DNA from: a virus | IMG/VR virus record: IMGVR_UViG_3300014911_000001 | Span: 1-64,000 of that record | Length of the DNA: 64,000 nucleotides | Direction: 5' to 3' (one strand) | Shown here: positions 30,174 to 40,084 of the stretch, piece by piece | How the letters are laid out: every line of letters begins with the position of its first letter | How positions within the stretch are numbered: the stretch's first letter is position 1 | The notes under the pieces: model-generated | What the model saw: the letters and a program-made list of their open reading frames with translations, nothing else | Databases searched by the model: none | What the model was told of the DNA's origin: nothing | Translations under genes and position numbers: made by a program

Positions 30174-30824
30174 TTACATAATACCAAATGATAGTTCTCT
30201 TAAATACTCAATCCCCGTTGCTAGATTATCAAATCTTACATCAATCATTTCATCGATGAATGGATGCATATGCTTGTCATCGGTTATAACGGCCACTATA
30301 TGCTTTCGTTGATTGTATGCCCATGCAAGCTCACATATGCATCCTATTGATATATCACTCGTGAAACCATCTTCGATGATAGCGAATAATATATCCGATT
30401 GTGAGAGCATCCAGAAGTCGCGCCTCATATGATACTTCATTGAAAGAGCTATCTTGTCAGATCTTAATCTGATATAAGTATGATTATCTTTACCAACGGG
30501 TTGACCCGGAATAGCTGCCTCCTTTAACAGAATAGGTAGGAAAACTTTTAAGCCCGCCGACCTTAGTTCGTCAGCTATTGAGGATAACCTGTGTTTCACT
30601 ACATCCCAAGGAAGCCCTGTTATTGGATGCGAAACATAAACAGATAGCTGATCGGATGCAAATATTGGTTTCGTATTAATGGTTGCAGAAAATGATTCAT
30701 TAGTATCTTTGGTGCTTGTATCGCCTACACAAGGGTTTCTCCAATACTCCTCTTTATATGGCATATCATAAGGATAGTTGGGCGGTATTTGGGGCCACCC
30801 GCCTTCTTTAAATTTTTTGCACAT
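30174..30824 (-). CDS. Nucleoside 2-deoxyribosyltransferase / NMP N-glycosidase-like protein
   Basis: VYVSHPITG, RDFWMLSQSDILFA, SIGCICELAWAY, HPF. Confidence 0.75.
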   Translation of the reverse strand: MCKKFKEGGWPQIPPNYPYDMPYKEEYWRNPCVGDTSTKDTNESFSATINTKPIFASDQLSVYVSHPITGLPWDVVKHRLSSIADELRSAGLKVFLPILLKEAAIPGQPVGKDNHTYIRLRSDKIALSMKYHMRRDFWMLSQSDILFAIIEDGFTSDISIGCICELAWAYNQRKHIVAVITDDKHMHPFIDEMIDVRFDNLATGIEYLRELSFGIM

Positions 30825-31197
30825 TCTCACCTCCTTTTGGTATCTCCAATCTCTCTAATATATAATGATGCACATAATACTTGTCAAGGATATTTTTTAT
30901 ATTTATAGATACAGAATTTTTGTTAGATTTATTAAGCGCCCGCTTCAATATAAAAATATACATGTCCTCGTTAAAAAATATAATCAACAATGGAGTTAAG
31001 CCCCGCACGACGGCATTATTCCATAGTTTGTCAAGGAGAGACTTCGTTACCCGAAAGCGCGGCTTCCCTGTACTCTTAACCTCGATAGCATACTCATCAC
31101 TAATAACATCCACATCACCATGCGTAGAACCACTAGCTTTTGTAAACTTTCCCTTACATAAGGACCTGACTATTTCCTCAGCTTTTTTCCAGTTCAT
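30808..31197 (-). CDS. Hjc-like Holliday junction resolvase (PD-(D/E)XK)
   Basis: KAEE, ASGS..GDVDV, IEVKST. Confidence 0.75.
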   Translation of the reverse strand: MNWKKAEEIVRSLCKGKFTKASGSTHGDVDVISDEYAIEVKSTGKPRFRVTKSLLDKLWNNAVVRGLTPLLIIFFNEDMYIFILKRALNKSNKNSVSINIKNILDKYYVHHYILERLEIPKGGENVQKI

Positions 31198-31251
31198 GAT
31201 TATACGATTATGATATACTCACCCCTAATATTATTAAAAAATAAATTTAAC

Positions 31252-31758
31252 TTAACAACACAAAGAGTTTATATATCTGAATTCCTTTGCATAAATGTAT
31301 ATTAAGGCTCCATCTCTCAGAGCATTTTTCAAATCAATGAAGCACCACTGCTTATCACCTACATTAATAAACCCATCGCCGCATATAAAATTACCACATC
31401 TAGGACATTTATTTACCGAGCATTGCACCTCCAATATCTCTTCTGGTGTTGCAGAATACTTTTGGTATATAGGAATATAACAAGGCTCTATTTTATAAAA
31501 AACAAATGGTGATGCGATAAGATGTGGTGGTATAAAGTCAATATCTTCAATTGAGGCCGGCGCTTCAGAACCATCAAACGCATTAGTAGTTAATAAATAA
31601 ATATTAACTCCACCCGTATTAAGAAGGGTGATCATATTATCAAAGAATTTGTCGTAATCAAAAGAAACAGATTTTACCACTCTATCAATATTGGATGATA
31701 TTGGCCTCAGTACTAACCTTTTCATATTTGATTTCTTTGACAAAATAATATAATACAT
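31252..31758 (-). CDS. Hypothetical protein, paralog family A (CxxC)
   Basis: YIILS, GG..Y, PP..ASPF.FYKI, CPRC, KQWC..DL. Confidence 0.7.
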   Translation of the reverse strand: MYYIILSKKSNMKRLVLRPISSNIDRVVKSVSFDYDKFFDNMITLLNTGGVNIYLLTTNAFDGSEAPASIEDIDFIPPHLIASPFVFYKIEPCYIPIYQKYSATPEEILEVQCSVNKCPRCGNFICGDGFINVGDKQWCFIDLKNALRDGALIYIYAKEFRYINSLCC

Positions 31759-31759
31759 A

Positions 31760-32254
31760 TTACATGTTTTCTTTCCATTTTAATTGTACCCACTCACATT
31801 TTCCTTCATCGAAGTATTTCTTATACTTTAATAGCATGATAACCGCCAATAACAATTGTTCATGTGTTTTAAACTGCTTCCAGTATGATGGAGATATAGC
31901 TGGATCATAGTTCATGTATTCGACAGCGCTACTTTTGATAACATCATAAATAAGGTATAGCTCATCAACAGGCGCGGCTTCATTATAAGGATAAATACCC
32001 CTGAACATTTCCATAAGTTGCGCCCATGTAGGCAACCAAACAGGATGACGCGATGACCATGAGTGCCCATTTATCGGGGAGATACCAACATAAGCCTCGC
32101 CCTCATTACCATCGGGGTAGGTAATATGTTGTGGTTTATCGCTAGTAAGGATCCCATAATAACCCTGTGAACACACAACATGATCACCGATGCGCGGCTT
32201 CCATCTGTTCTGTATTTCCTTCACATTGCACATCTTATAATACTTGTCATTCAC
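31760..32254 (-). CDS. Hypothetical phage protein, paralog family B
   Basis: Y.KMC, W.P..GD, WLP..QL.EM, EQL.LA shared with 55814..56248. Confidence 0.75.
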   Translation of the reverse strand: MNDKYYKMCNVKEIQNRWKPRIGDHVVCSQGYYGILTSDKPQHITYPDGNEGEAYVGISPINGHSWSSRHPVWLPTWAQLMEMFRGIYPYNEAAPVDELYLIYDVIKSSAVEYMNYDPAISPSYWKQFKTHEQLLLAVIMLLKYKKYFDEGKCEWVQLKWKENM

Positions 32255-32477
32255 TCTCTATCTCCTCCTTCTCTTTTATAATAAAGCCAATATTATTACC
32301 GCTGACAACTAAACCAACAATTTCCTTGGTTTCTTCAACCTTCTTTATGAACTCCTCAATACCATGACATCTATAATATGCAACAGCATCATATGCTTCA
32401 CCTTCTTTTGAATTAATAAACCAGTAAACCTTTTCCATTGTTATCTCCTTTCCGTCCATGACTGGGCATAAGCCCAT
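32247..32477 (-). CDS. Hypothetical protein
   Basis: Small ORF in a co-oriented array. Confidence 0.6.
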   Translation of the reverse strand: MGLCPVMDGKEITMEKVYWFINSKEGEAYDAVAYYRCHGIEEFIKKVEETKEIVGLVVSGNNIGFIIKEKEEIESE

Positions 32478-32482
32478 TTCCT

Positions 32483-32887
32483 TTACCTTGTTACTTCCTT
32501 TCCACAGAACCTACATCTATACACATATACCTCCTGTTCATCCCAACCGCCTAATGTGAGAACCTTTTTATAGCGACCAGTGGATTCTTTCCTTTCCCAA
32601 AAGTGTATACACCCATCAATAGAGTCCTCATCTATTATACGGACCGTACCATCATTTAGCATCGCTTTAGTAATAAACCAAGGGCGGCCCAATTCATAGC
32701 CATCGATTTCATCACTATAAATGACGCGCGCTTTCACCTCATCCGTGTCTTCATCAACCTTAAAATATTCGATCCTACCTTTCAATACTTCATCCTTATG
32801 CTTAACTTCTACAGGTGTAAATTTATCAAGACCTGTCTCCTTTTTAAATTTTTCTATCATCTTCTGTTTAAGCTCTGCTAATGTCAT
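32483..32887 (-). CDS. Hypothetical protein with C-terminal Zn-ribbon
   Basis: CIH...CRFCG; AGGAGG RBS. Confidence 0.7.
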   Translation of the reverse strand: MTLAELKQKMIEKFKKETGLDKFTPVEVKHKDEVLKGRIEYFKVDEDTDEVKARVIYSDEIDGYELGRPWFITKAMLNDGTVRIIDEDSIDGCIHFWERKESTGRYKKVLTLGGWDEQEVYVYRCRFCGKEVTR

Positions 32888-32888
32888 A

Positions 32889-33074
32889 CTACACCTCCTT
32901 TTCTTCTTTGTTGATATTAAACAATTCCTCCAATGAACATTTTCTCAAGATATTATTCGCTATTTCCAAAAATCCAATGGTCAATCCTATCATTCCACTA
33001 ATAGCTCTTGCTATGAACCAACAAGCTAATCCCAAGCCTGATAGTAATAAGATTCCTATCGCAAAATCCATCAT
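32889..33074 (-). CDS. Small membrane protein
   Basis: Hydrophobic N-terminus; RBS. Confidence 0.6.
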   Translation of the reverse strand: MMDFAIGILLLSGLGLACWFIARAISGMIGLTIGFLEIANNILRKCSLEELFNINKEEKEV

Positions 33075-33364
33075 TTCTCCTTATCGGAAAATGCATGATT
33101 TACATCCTCAACCCACGCATGAATAGCTTCCAATGCTTCCTTATATTCCTCATCAGGGATTTCTATATTATAACCCAAGCACTCTTTCAGATCATTGATG
33201 GTCTTAATATTACACAAAGTATCATAAGTATATAGAACCTGTTGGTCCCTATCATGAACCTTTTTGTGCAATATAAATAATAATTGATCATCCTTAGGCA
33301 AGCCATCATTCATGCCGTCCCAATAAATGTACCAGTTCGAATAACTCCACCTAAGATATGCCAT
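33071..33364 (-). CDS. Hypothetical phage protein
   Basis: MAYLRWSYSNWYIYW; RBS. Confidence 0.7.
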   Translation of the reverse strand: MAYLRWSYSNWYIYWDGMNDGLPKDDQLLFILHKKVHDRDQQVLYTYDTLCNIKTINDLKECLGYNIEIPDEEYKEALEAIHAWVEDVNHAFSDKEK

Positions 33365-33378
33365 ACTCCTTTCTCCCT

Positions 33379-33723
33379 TTAATCTGTATATGGTTCAACA
33401 ATCTTCACATACCAATGAGAGCACTTGCCGGGCTTCCACTTAGGATGTGCTTGTTTTATCATTTCAGTCGTTGGTCCTACTGGTTCGCATACCTCCAATC
33501 TAGTCTCCCACCAACCTTCAAGTGATTCATTAAAATCCTCTACAAATAACTTAGCTAAAGACTTCACCTCTTCCTCCGTTAGATCAGGATAGAAAATGGC
33601 TCCATCAGTTAACATTCCTTCTGTCCTGCATGTTATATAGGCTTCATAAATCGTATCAGCATAACGCTTATTGCTAGTATGAATATCAATTTCTATGATC
33701 CTTTTCATTCTTCTTTTCGTCAA
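33379..33723 (-). CDS. Hypothetical protein
   Basis: ORF in the array. Confidence 0.65.
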   Translation of the reverse strand: MTKRRMKRIIEIDIHTSNKRYADTIYEAYITCRTEGMLTDGAIFYPDLTEEEVKSLAKLFVEDFNESLEGWWETRLEVCEPVGPTTEMIKQAHPKWKPGKCSHWYVKIVEPYTD

Positions 33724-33910
33724 TGTTCAACAACTTTCTTAATTCCTCTATGGCCTCTTCTGCAAGTCTCTTCCCAAATAATTCAGGATCCTCTTCGATC
33801 TCCAATTCCTCCTCGTCATCAGGAAGGTATTCATTTTTAAACTCTTCAATAGACTTGAATACCTTCTCCTTTTTCTTTCTTCTTTTCGACATCCTCACCT
33901 CCTTGTCCAA
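33686..33910 (-). CDS. Small highly charged protein
   Basis: AGGAGGTG RBS before MSKRRK. Confidence 0.6.
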   Translation of the reverse strand: MDKEVRMSKRRKKKEKVFKSIEEFKNEYLPDDEEELEIEEDPELFGKRLAEEAIEELRKLLNIDEKKNEKDHRN

Positions 33911-34547
33911 GGACTGTTGACTCTAAACAAGATGGGCGTTCCGAAATTAAGAAAATGAAGTCGCCATGTTCTATGGCATCTTGAAGGTCATAAATGCACC
34001 AAACCTCTTTACCAATTTTAAAGAGTCCTCTTTCCATGGGTACCAATATATGACATTTTGGACACTCTATAACACTCGGCATACCCGGTACATATATAAT
34101 AAGATCATCTGAGGAATCAAAATCAATGGTCTGTGTGTCAGTTGAATCAGATGTGTATGTACCTGTGTCATACCAAACATGGTAGTTAGTACCATCATCA
34201 TTATAACTATTAAAGGGCACATAATCATCAAAAGGTACAAATGGCACAATAGGATATGCTCTTAGTGGAAAAGCTAGCATATGAGAGGGTAATTTAATAT
34301 CTACCTCACCCTCAAAAACATCCCTTGTAAGTAAATATGCAGCAAATCCATTTTTATACCTATCAAGCGCATTCCGTAGTGAATGCACAAATACAGACAC
34401 ATGCTCTCTGAAGCGGCATGTGAATTCTCGCATTAAGCCGCGCAGTTCAGGAACATTAGTATCAATAATTGCTATATGCTCTCTGGAAGGCGAGTCTTTA
34501 TTATAACCAATTATCACATAAGGCATAAGCGCGTCATCACTTTGCAT
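33846..34547 (-). CDS. Hypothetical protein, paralog family A
   Basis: YVIIG, AYLLTR, LAFPL..YPI, CPKC, KEVWCIYDL. Confidence 0.7.
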   Translation of the reverse strand: MQSDDALMPYVIIGYNKDSPSREHIAIIDTNVPELRGLMREFTCRFREHVSVFVHSLRNALDRYKNGFAAYLLTRDVFEGEVDIKLPSHMLAFPLRAYPIVPFVPFDDYVPFNSYNDDGTNYHVWYDTGTYTSDSTDTQTIDFDSSDDLIIYVPGMPSVIECPKCHILVPMERGLFKIGKEVWCIYDLQDAIEHGDFIFLISERPSCLESTVLGQGGEDVEKKKEKGEGIQVY

Positions 34548-34562
34548 GTTTACCTCCCTTTG

Positions 34563-35276
34563 TTAGTAATCTCCTATTTCAAGGTAATATGTTTGCCAGT
34601 GGTAATTAATGGTGTCATTATAATCATTAATGAATTTTTTAATGGTGATATTAAGCCCGCCGGCTTCACTTTTCTTAACATCTGATACAAATATATACGG
34701 CGGGTATATAATATTATCCGGTATCGAATGCTGATTTGAGAAAGCACTAAGCGCGTGCTTAAAATAATTTCTTGCTACATTCGGCGTGACAATACCACCA
34801 GCATCTTTATAAGATGTAGGATGAGCATAATTTACATAGTCATATCCAAAATACATCATCTCTGATTCTATCTGTACTCTATAAGCGAGATCTAATAGAA
34901 CCATGTTTTCATAAAAGATGCTCATAAGATAGATGACATCATTCACAAAATTCCCCTTATGATATGTTTCTATATGATGATCATGTATATCTGGTGGTAA
35001 TTCCAGTTCATACCGCCAGCCCATAACACCACCAGCTATGATCCTTAACGACGGTAATACAGATTCATCAATTAGGTATTCAATTACCTCCTTACCAAAG
35101 TTAACATCCTCTATTTCAGGTGGGTAGAAGACAATACATTCCGAGTAGGAAGAAAAAGGACTTTCCTTCATTTCCACATCTATAGAATGGGGTCGGATTT
35201 CCTCTCCCTTGGATGTAGTAACTGATTCTATAATGAAGCACCTCTTTTCTTTATTTATAGGAATCATAATATTCAT
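34563..35276 (-). CDS. Hypothetical protein
   Basis: 237-aa ORF; RBS. Confidence 0.7.
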   Translation of the reverse strand: MNIMIPINKEKRCFIIESVTTSKGEEIRPHSIDVEMKESPFSSYSECIVFYPPEIEDVNFGKEVIEYLIDESVLPSLRIIAGGVMGWRYELELPPDIHDHHIETYHKGNFVNDVIYLMSIFYENMVLLDLAYRVQIESEMMYFGYDYVNYAHPTSYKDAGGIVTPNVARNYFKHALSAFSNQHSIPDNIIYPPYIFVSDVKKSEAGGLNITIKKFINDYNDTINYHWQTYYLEIGDY

Positions 35277-35464
35277 TCACCCTCCTTTGTATTTTGTTGA
35301 AGCATTCTCTTTACATCGCCCAGTGTCAAGTTTTCAGAGATCCAGCGCACCCTCTTTCCTTTATTTATTAAATGAATCATTTCGGTTTTGTCAAGTAGAA
35401 GAAGCCGCGGCTTCTTCCCCTTCTCATACAAAATAGCCCAGCGCATGCCTTTGCGAAAAAACAT
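35273..35464 (-). CDS. Hypothetical protein
   Basis: RBS; coupled. Confidence 0.6.
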   Translation of the reverse strand: MFFRKGMRWAILYEKGKKPRLLLLDKTEMIHLINKGKRVRWISENLTLGDVKRMLQQNTKEGE

Positions 35465-35472
35465 TAGCGTCT

Positions 35473-35685
35473 CTACCTCCTAAATAGTCTTGCTATTGAT
35501 AAAGCACGACTAACCTTTCTTACTGTACTTGGCATATAGTTATAGCGTCCGATATTCGTCAAACCTATGTTAATAAGCACCGCACCGAAAAATATCAATA
35601 AGTAATCGAGAGGTTTTATTTTCATCGAATTATTACTACTTTGCCTGACTTTATAATAAGGCTTATACCTTCTTAATTCTCCCAT
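35473..35685 (-). CDS. Small membrane protein
   Basis: One transmembrane helix; AGGAGGAG RBS. Confidence 0.6.
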   Translation of the reverse strand: MGELRRYKPYYKVRQSSNNSMKIKPLDYLLIFFGAVLINIGLTNIGRYNYMPSTVRKVSRALSIARLFRR

Positions 35686-35736
35686 TTCTCCTCCTTTTTT
35701 TATAGTTGTATCAAGAGTATTAATAAGCCACTCCCT

Positions 35737-36009
35737 TCAAACTGACATATAACTTCCTATAAATAATTGTATATCATCAGGTAAATTTTCGATCGCATTC
35801 CACCGTATATCGGCCGCGCTACCACTTTCAGGCACATAAACAATGTAGTTGTTATCAACCCATATTTCTGGCAAGATTTCCTTACCATATGTGAAGTCGG
35901 TTGCAAGTCGTTCAACGGCTTCAGGGATTTCACCATCATCGAGATCCTTTGTTAGCTGAGTCTTAACTTCATACATCACAAGGGCAATAAGATCTGAAAA
36001 ATCGTTCAT
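35737..36009 (-). CDS. Hypothetical acidic protein
   Basis: RBS; coupled. Confidence 0.65.
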   Translation of the reverse strand: MNDFSDLIALVMYEVKTQLTKDLDDGEIPEAVERLATDFTYGKEILPEIWVDNNYIVYVPESGSAADIRWNAIENLPDDIQLFIGSYMSV

Positions 36010-36350
36010 TGTGCACCTCCTATGATATCAATCTCTTTGATCATATCCTTTTTAATTCTCATATAACCTCTTGTTGGTTCTCCATTAATACGACCATTTT
36101 CAACAATTGCATATGTCAATTTTCGTTCCGGATGTGAATCATATGGCTCAATAACATAATCTTCAAACTCGCAACATGCATTTTCCTCAATGGTCTGGAT
36201 GAGATCATTTGCATCTACTTCACATTCCTTAGTATAATATTCAATGTCTTCATCATCGGTTTCCATTATGGCATATCTAGCTTCCTCTATTACCCATTCA
36301 ATCTTATCTGTCTCGATTATTGCACCATTATTTAACATGATTCTAATCAT
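36006..36350 (-). CDS. Hypothetical acidic protein
   Basis: RBS. Confidence 0.65.
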   Translation of the reverse strand: MIRIMLNNGAIIETDKIEWVIEEARYAIMETDDEDIEYYTKECEVDANDLIQTIEENACCEFEDYVIEPYDSHPERKLTYAIVENGRINGEPTRGYMRIKKDMIKEIDIIGGAQ

Positions 36351-36361
36351 AATTACCTCCT

Positions 36362-36706
36362 TTACCTTTTTAATGATTTAAATTCATTAGGATCTGGCTT
36401 CTCAAATGTTATCGTCCATCCTTTTCGTGGTTTAATATTAGGCCAGCGCTTCCTATCAAGAACATGGATCCTCTTATGCACGAAATCAATAAATGCTATC
36501 CAGTTTCTCCTGTAACCAAGATCTTCAAACAACCATACGATATCCTTCGACTGAACTACACCAGCCCGCACAAGTGAAGCCCATATTGATCTTGTAAAAG
36601 GATTCTGCCGCGCAACAATCATTCTGCCATTCCTGACGGAGAGCTTCTTTGTATCGGTCCTAACCTCCTTTATGGCCTTTCTTATCCACTCCGTTAATGA
36701 TAACAT
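36362..36706 (-). CDS. Hypothetical basic protein
   Basis: RBS. Confidence 0.65.
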   Translation of the reverse strand: MLSLTEWIRKAIKEVRTDTKKLSVRNGRMIVARQNPFTRSIWASLVRAGVVQSKDIVWLFEDLGYRRNWIAFIDFVHKRIHVLDRKRWPNIKPRKGWTITFEKPDPNEFKSLKR

Positions 36707-36707
36707 C

Positions 36708-36905
36708 TTAAACCTCCTTTAGATTAAGCTCTCCCTCTGATTTAACTATGATTATATGATCAGGAGGGTCCAGCCTCTTTAATTGCTTTTTACTCTTTCT
36801 ATAAACAGACAGAGCCTTTGCCTTGGCTTCATTCCCATCCTTTGCTTCTACAGGAATCTCATAAGCATTCCTTACCTCAATTACATACACTATATGCTTT
36901 GACAT
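36708..36905 (-). CDS. Hypothetical protein
   Basis: RBS; VEA...EA...A motif common in small phage proteins. Confidence 0.6.
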   Translation of the reverse strand: MSKHIVYVIEVRNAYEIPVEAKDGNEAKAKALSVYRKSKKQLKRLDPPDHIIIVKSEGELNLKEV

Positions 36906-36914
36906 TTGTTAACC

Positions 36915-37190
36915 TCACATGTTCCGTAGTGCTCTACAAACAGATATAACAATACCTCTTTCCACATCAACCTTATCAATAGGATTGCGTTTTGCTACTC
37001 CTATAGCCGATGCATTTCGACCTCGCCTCTTAAGCCGCGCCACAGTAAAGTTACCTTGAATGTTGATCTCGCAGCTGCTATAATTACTTAGTTTCTTAAG
37101 CAGGCGGCTCCTCTTATGCTGTTTTCTTACCCTCTCTTGGATAAGTCTCTTGACATCATCGACTGAAAGGATTACTCTTGTTACCTTCAT
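36915..37190 (-). CDS. Hypothetical phage protein
   Basis: GVAKRNPID..D.ERG..I...RA motif common in small phage proteins. Confidence 0.7.
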   Translation of the reverse strand: MKVTRVILSVDDVKRLIQERVRKQHKRSRLLKKLSNYSSCEINIQGNFTVARLKRRGRNASAIGVAKRNPIDKVDVERGIVISVCRALRNM

Positions 37191-37204
37191 AATCCCTCCT
37201 TTCT

Positions 37205-37232
37205 CTTTTGTTTTTTGTTCATTAAATTGACT
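37205..37232 (-). promoter_or_regulatory. Conserved upstream motif GTCAAT-N4-G(G/A)..AAAC (copy 1 of at least 9)
   Basis: Near-identical to 51800-51827; other copies at 42700, 50052, 54059, 57626, 59350, 62685 and 63405. Confidence 0.6.
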
Positions 37233-37331
37233 ATTTATACCTATTTATCCTCTCTTACCATCTTTCATCACAATATGACAACCTTTTGCTAACTTCATCA
37301 AAGAAAGTAAAGCATCCATTAAATTCTATTT

Positions 37332-37646
37332 TCATGTCATTGTAACAAGTGTGTATTTAGCTTCATAGGGACAAAGAAATGTACTTGGAAGTGGAATGAG
37401 AATTCGCTTGATATCTATCACTTTGGTATCATTCCAACCCTGCATATCACCCCATTTCTCTGTACTACTGTCCTCAATAATTCTGATTTTGGTTTTCTCA
37501 CTGTGAAGCAATTCCATCAATTTATTCCAACATGGAGCGCGCAATTCCGGATACTTGAATCCCATTATTAACTCATGCAGGCTAAAAGCAATAAATTCAT
37601 TATCAACATTAATAAAGAATTTCAATTCATATGGATTAATGTACAT
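37332..37646 (-). CDS. Hypothetical protein, tandem paralog family C
   Basis: MYI.P..L.F, FI.FS..ELI.G, WN.L.ELLH. Confidence 0.75.
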   Translation of the reverse strand: MYINPYELKFFINVDNEFIAFSLHELIMGFKYPELRAPCWNKLMELLHSEKTKIRIIEDSSTEKWGDMQGWNDTKVIDIKRILIPLPSTFLCPYEAKYTLVTMT

Positions 37647-37687
37647 TGTTATACCTCCGTTTCAGATTTCCATAACTATTATACCCA

Positions 37688-37870
37688 TCAACAAGAATAA
37701 ATCAACTTAATTTCTGTGTTATCATTATGCAATAATTCTATTAATTCATTCCAATAATCTGGACGTGATTCTGGGTCTTCATATCCTTGTATTAATTCTT
37801 TAAAGCTAAAACCGATAAAACCTGTATTAGTAGCAACAAGAAACACCATGTCATCAGGTTTGATATACAT
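37688..37870 (-). CDS. Hypothetical protein, tandem paralog family C
   Basis: Same motifs as 37332..37646. Confidence 0.75.
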   Translation of the reverse strand: MYIKPDDMVFLVATNTGFIGFSFKELIQGYEDPESRPDYWNELIELLHNDNTEIKLIYSC

Positions 37871-37884
37871 TACTACCTCCCGTA

Positions 37885-38214
37885 TTATTGTTTAACGCTC
37901 ACTAATTTCTTACAATCTTTTGGTAGCATTATGATTAGGGGATATTTGAAGCCCGCGCCTCTTACTGTACCCCTCAACACTTTGCATTCATATGAATTAT
38001 CAGACATGATTATGGAACACACCATGAGCTCGGTACCCTTTTTCAGCTCTATGAATCCTGAAGCGGAACCACCAATATCAAATTTTAATTTATCTTTTAA
38101 CACAAGATGGGTACCTATATCGATAGGCGCCGGCTTCTTCCTACTAGCCTTCTTTACTGTTTCTACTATATAAGTTGTTCTTTTCTTTGCTTTTGCCTTC
38201 TTTGGACGCCTCAT
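37885..38214 (-). CDS. Basic hypothetical protein
   Basis: AGGAGGT RBS. Confidence 0.65.
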   Translation of the reverse strand: MRRPKKAKAKKRTTYIVETVKKASRKKPAPIDIGTHLVLKDKLKFDIGGSASGFIELKKGTELMVCSIIMSDNSYECKVLRGTVRGAGFKYPLIIMLPKDCKKLVSVKQ

Positions 38215-38224
38215 TTAACCTCCT

Positions 38225-38563
38225 CTATTGTCTATGTTTATTATCTTCTGCCCGTTCGTCTTTCTTGGCCTCCTCACATGCAATATGGTATGTATAACTC
38301 ACCATGTGCTCCCACAAGTCGTGCCACATATCACTAAGAAGCCGCGCTGCTATATGCCTAAGGAACATATCTGTTTCCTTATCTGTTAGCTCTCTATCAA
38401 GAAGACTATTGCTATTTAATTCATCCTTACCGATGGCAAGAAGATTAACAACATGACCGCCGCGCTTCAATATAGCACATTCATACTTATTACCATTAAC
38501 ATCTTCAAGTTCAAATTTCGTACCACTCCTCCATTTTATTTTGACAACATTCCATCCATTCAT
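38225..38563 (-). CDS. Hypothetical protein, tandem paralog family D
   Basis: W..VKIK...T.F..E...G..Y.C.I.KR.G. Confidence 0.7.
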   Translation of the reverse strand: MNGWNVVKIKWRSGTKFELEDVNGNKYECAILKRGGHVVNLLAIGKDELNSNSLLDRELTDKETDMFLRHIAARLLSDMWHDLWEHMVSYTYHIACEEAKKDERAEDNKHRQ

Positions 38564-38568
38564 TTTGG

Positions 38569-38886
38569 TTACCTCGGTAGTTCAATATTATATTTTTCTG
38601 CAGCATCTTCAATGCCTGCCCATAACATTTCCTCTAAATTTCTATATATTGGATTTAATATGTCATCCAATATATCACCAACATATTCCAATACATAATC
38701 AGTAAAATCATCACTAATATCCATCCCTACTGTCTCTCTTACATACTCCTTATTAACAAGTGTTAAACCTATAGTCCTGCCATTACGTTTGATTATTTGA
38801 CACAGACACTCCTCACCATCGATGAATTCTATCCTGAATACCGTATCAGAAACTTTTTTTATTTTTACTATCTTCCACTCATCCAT
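38569..38886 (-). CDS. Hypothetical protein, tandem paralog family D
   Basis: Starts MDEWKIVKIK after GGAGG. Confidence 0.7.
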   Translation of the reverse strand: MDEWKIVKIKKVSDTVFRIEFIDGEECLCQIIKRNGRTIGLTLVNKEYVRETVGMDISDDFTDYVLEYVGDILDDILNPIYRNLEEMLWAGIEDAAEKYNIELPR

Positions 38887-39044
38887 TTTAATCCTCCACC
38901 TTCTCAGGTTCACCTATGGCAATATGAGCGAAGAGCCAATCAGTTGCCTGCTCTATGGCTAACATTTCGTCGGCGGCTTCAACCTCTAAATATCCCTTTA
39001 TTTCAATATCATCTATTGCATTTGTAGCTATACCCCAAGGAATC

Positions 39045-39380
39045 TTAAACTTCATGACTCACCTCCTTAAATTTTGATTCAAGCCATTTGAGACATTTCT
39101 GAGAATGAAAATAATCCCATACATAATTAGGAATTCTATCAAATTGAGTTGTTGGTTCTAAACTTATAATCTTATGCTCTGGGTTGTACCATATAAGAAA
39201 GATTTCACGATTAAGAAGTTTCCATATGCGTTTATCAATTTTTCTATTGCTGCTTTCTAACTTATCATAAAACAATCCATTAACAAGGTAATAGTAATCA
39301 TTCCCATCTTTTACCTTCATCATTATACTTCTCCTCCTTTTTATCCAGCTCTTCAATACAAAAAACTGCCGCCGAACCAA
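39045..39380 (-). CDS. Hypothetical protein (start likely MMKVKD, about 39323)
   Basis: AGGAGGAG RBS lies inside the called ORF. Confidence 0.6.
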   Translation of the reverse strand: MVRRQFFVLKSWIKRRRSIMMKVKDGNDYYYLVNGLFYDKLESSNRKIDKRIWKLLNREIFLIWYNPEHKIISLEPTTQFDRIPNYVWDYFHSQKCLKWLESKFKEVSHEV

Positions 39381-39570
39381 GTACGAAAATAAGCGTTGCT
39401 ATATTGTGAAGCTTCTGCATGTCAACTTTATTTTTATCTTTTTTATCACGAATATAATTATCCAAGGCAACAAATAGTGCTTCCATCGGTTCAACATTAT
39501 TGCGGCAGGCTTCCTTAAATAGATCAACAGAAGGATTATCTAAATAACGCTCCCAATCTCTCCATGACAT
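39298..39570 (-). CDS. Hypothetical protein
   Basis: RBS. Confidence 0.65.
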   Translation of the reverse strand: MSWRDWERYLDNPSVDLFKEACRNNVEPMEALFVALDNYIRDKKDKNKVDMQKLHNIATLIFVLGSAAVFCIEELDKKEEKYNDEGKRWE

Positions 39571-39582
39571 AATATCCTCCTT

Positions 39583-40074
39583 TTAAACAGTTACGAATTG
39601 TGAAACCAACTCTTTTAATGATCCCTCTTCTATTATATATCCATTATAATTAGCAACTATGACATACCAATTCATAGGATCATTCTGATCATGTGATCGA
39701 TATACGAAATATAAATACTCTACATCCCCATGTAAATACGGTTCCAACTTCTCAAGTGGTATATACTTTGAACCATCACCATCAGAAATCGGTGAATCAA
39801 TATCGAAATCAAAAACAACACCCGAGAATCCATATCCTAATGTTAATCCCGATCCTTTTTCCTTCTGTCTTTTGCACCAGTAAACCCAATTTGCTGACAT
39901 GTACTCAGCATCAAATCGCATACCCCAATATTTATCCTCTCTTAGCCATTTATTGAATCGAACAAGCCGCGCCAGTATACCAGCATCTGTATCAGGATAT
40001 CCATCTGAATGCACATATGTTATATAGGCACCATAATCATCAACAAAGATCACATGACATCTCGTGGACATCAT
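39583..40074 (-). CDS. Conserved phage hypothetical protein (MSTR...Y.HSDGYP type)
   Basis: Start after AAAAGGAGGT; YVHSDGYP and DVEYLY motifs. Confidence 0.75.
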   Translation of the reverse strand: MMSTRCHVIFVDDYGAYITYVHSDGYPDTDAGILARLVRFNKWLREDKYWGMRFDAEYMSANWVYWCKRQKEKGSGLTLGYGFSGVVFDFDIDSPISDGDGSKYIPLEKLEPYLHGDVEYLYFVYRSHDQNDPMNWYVIVANYNGYIIEEGSLKELVSQFVTV

Positions 40075-40084
40075 TACCTCCTTT

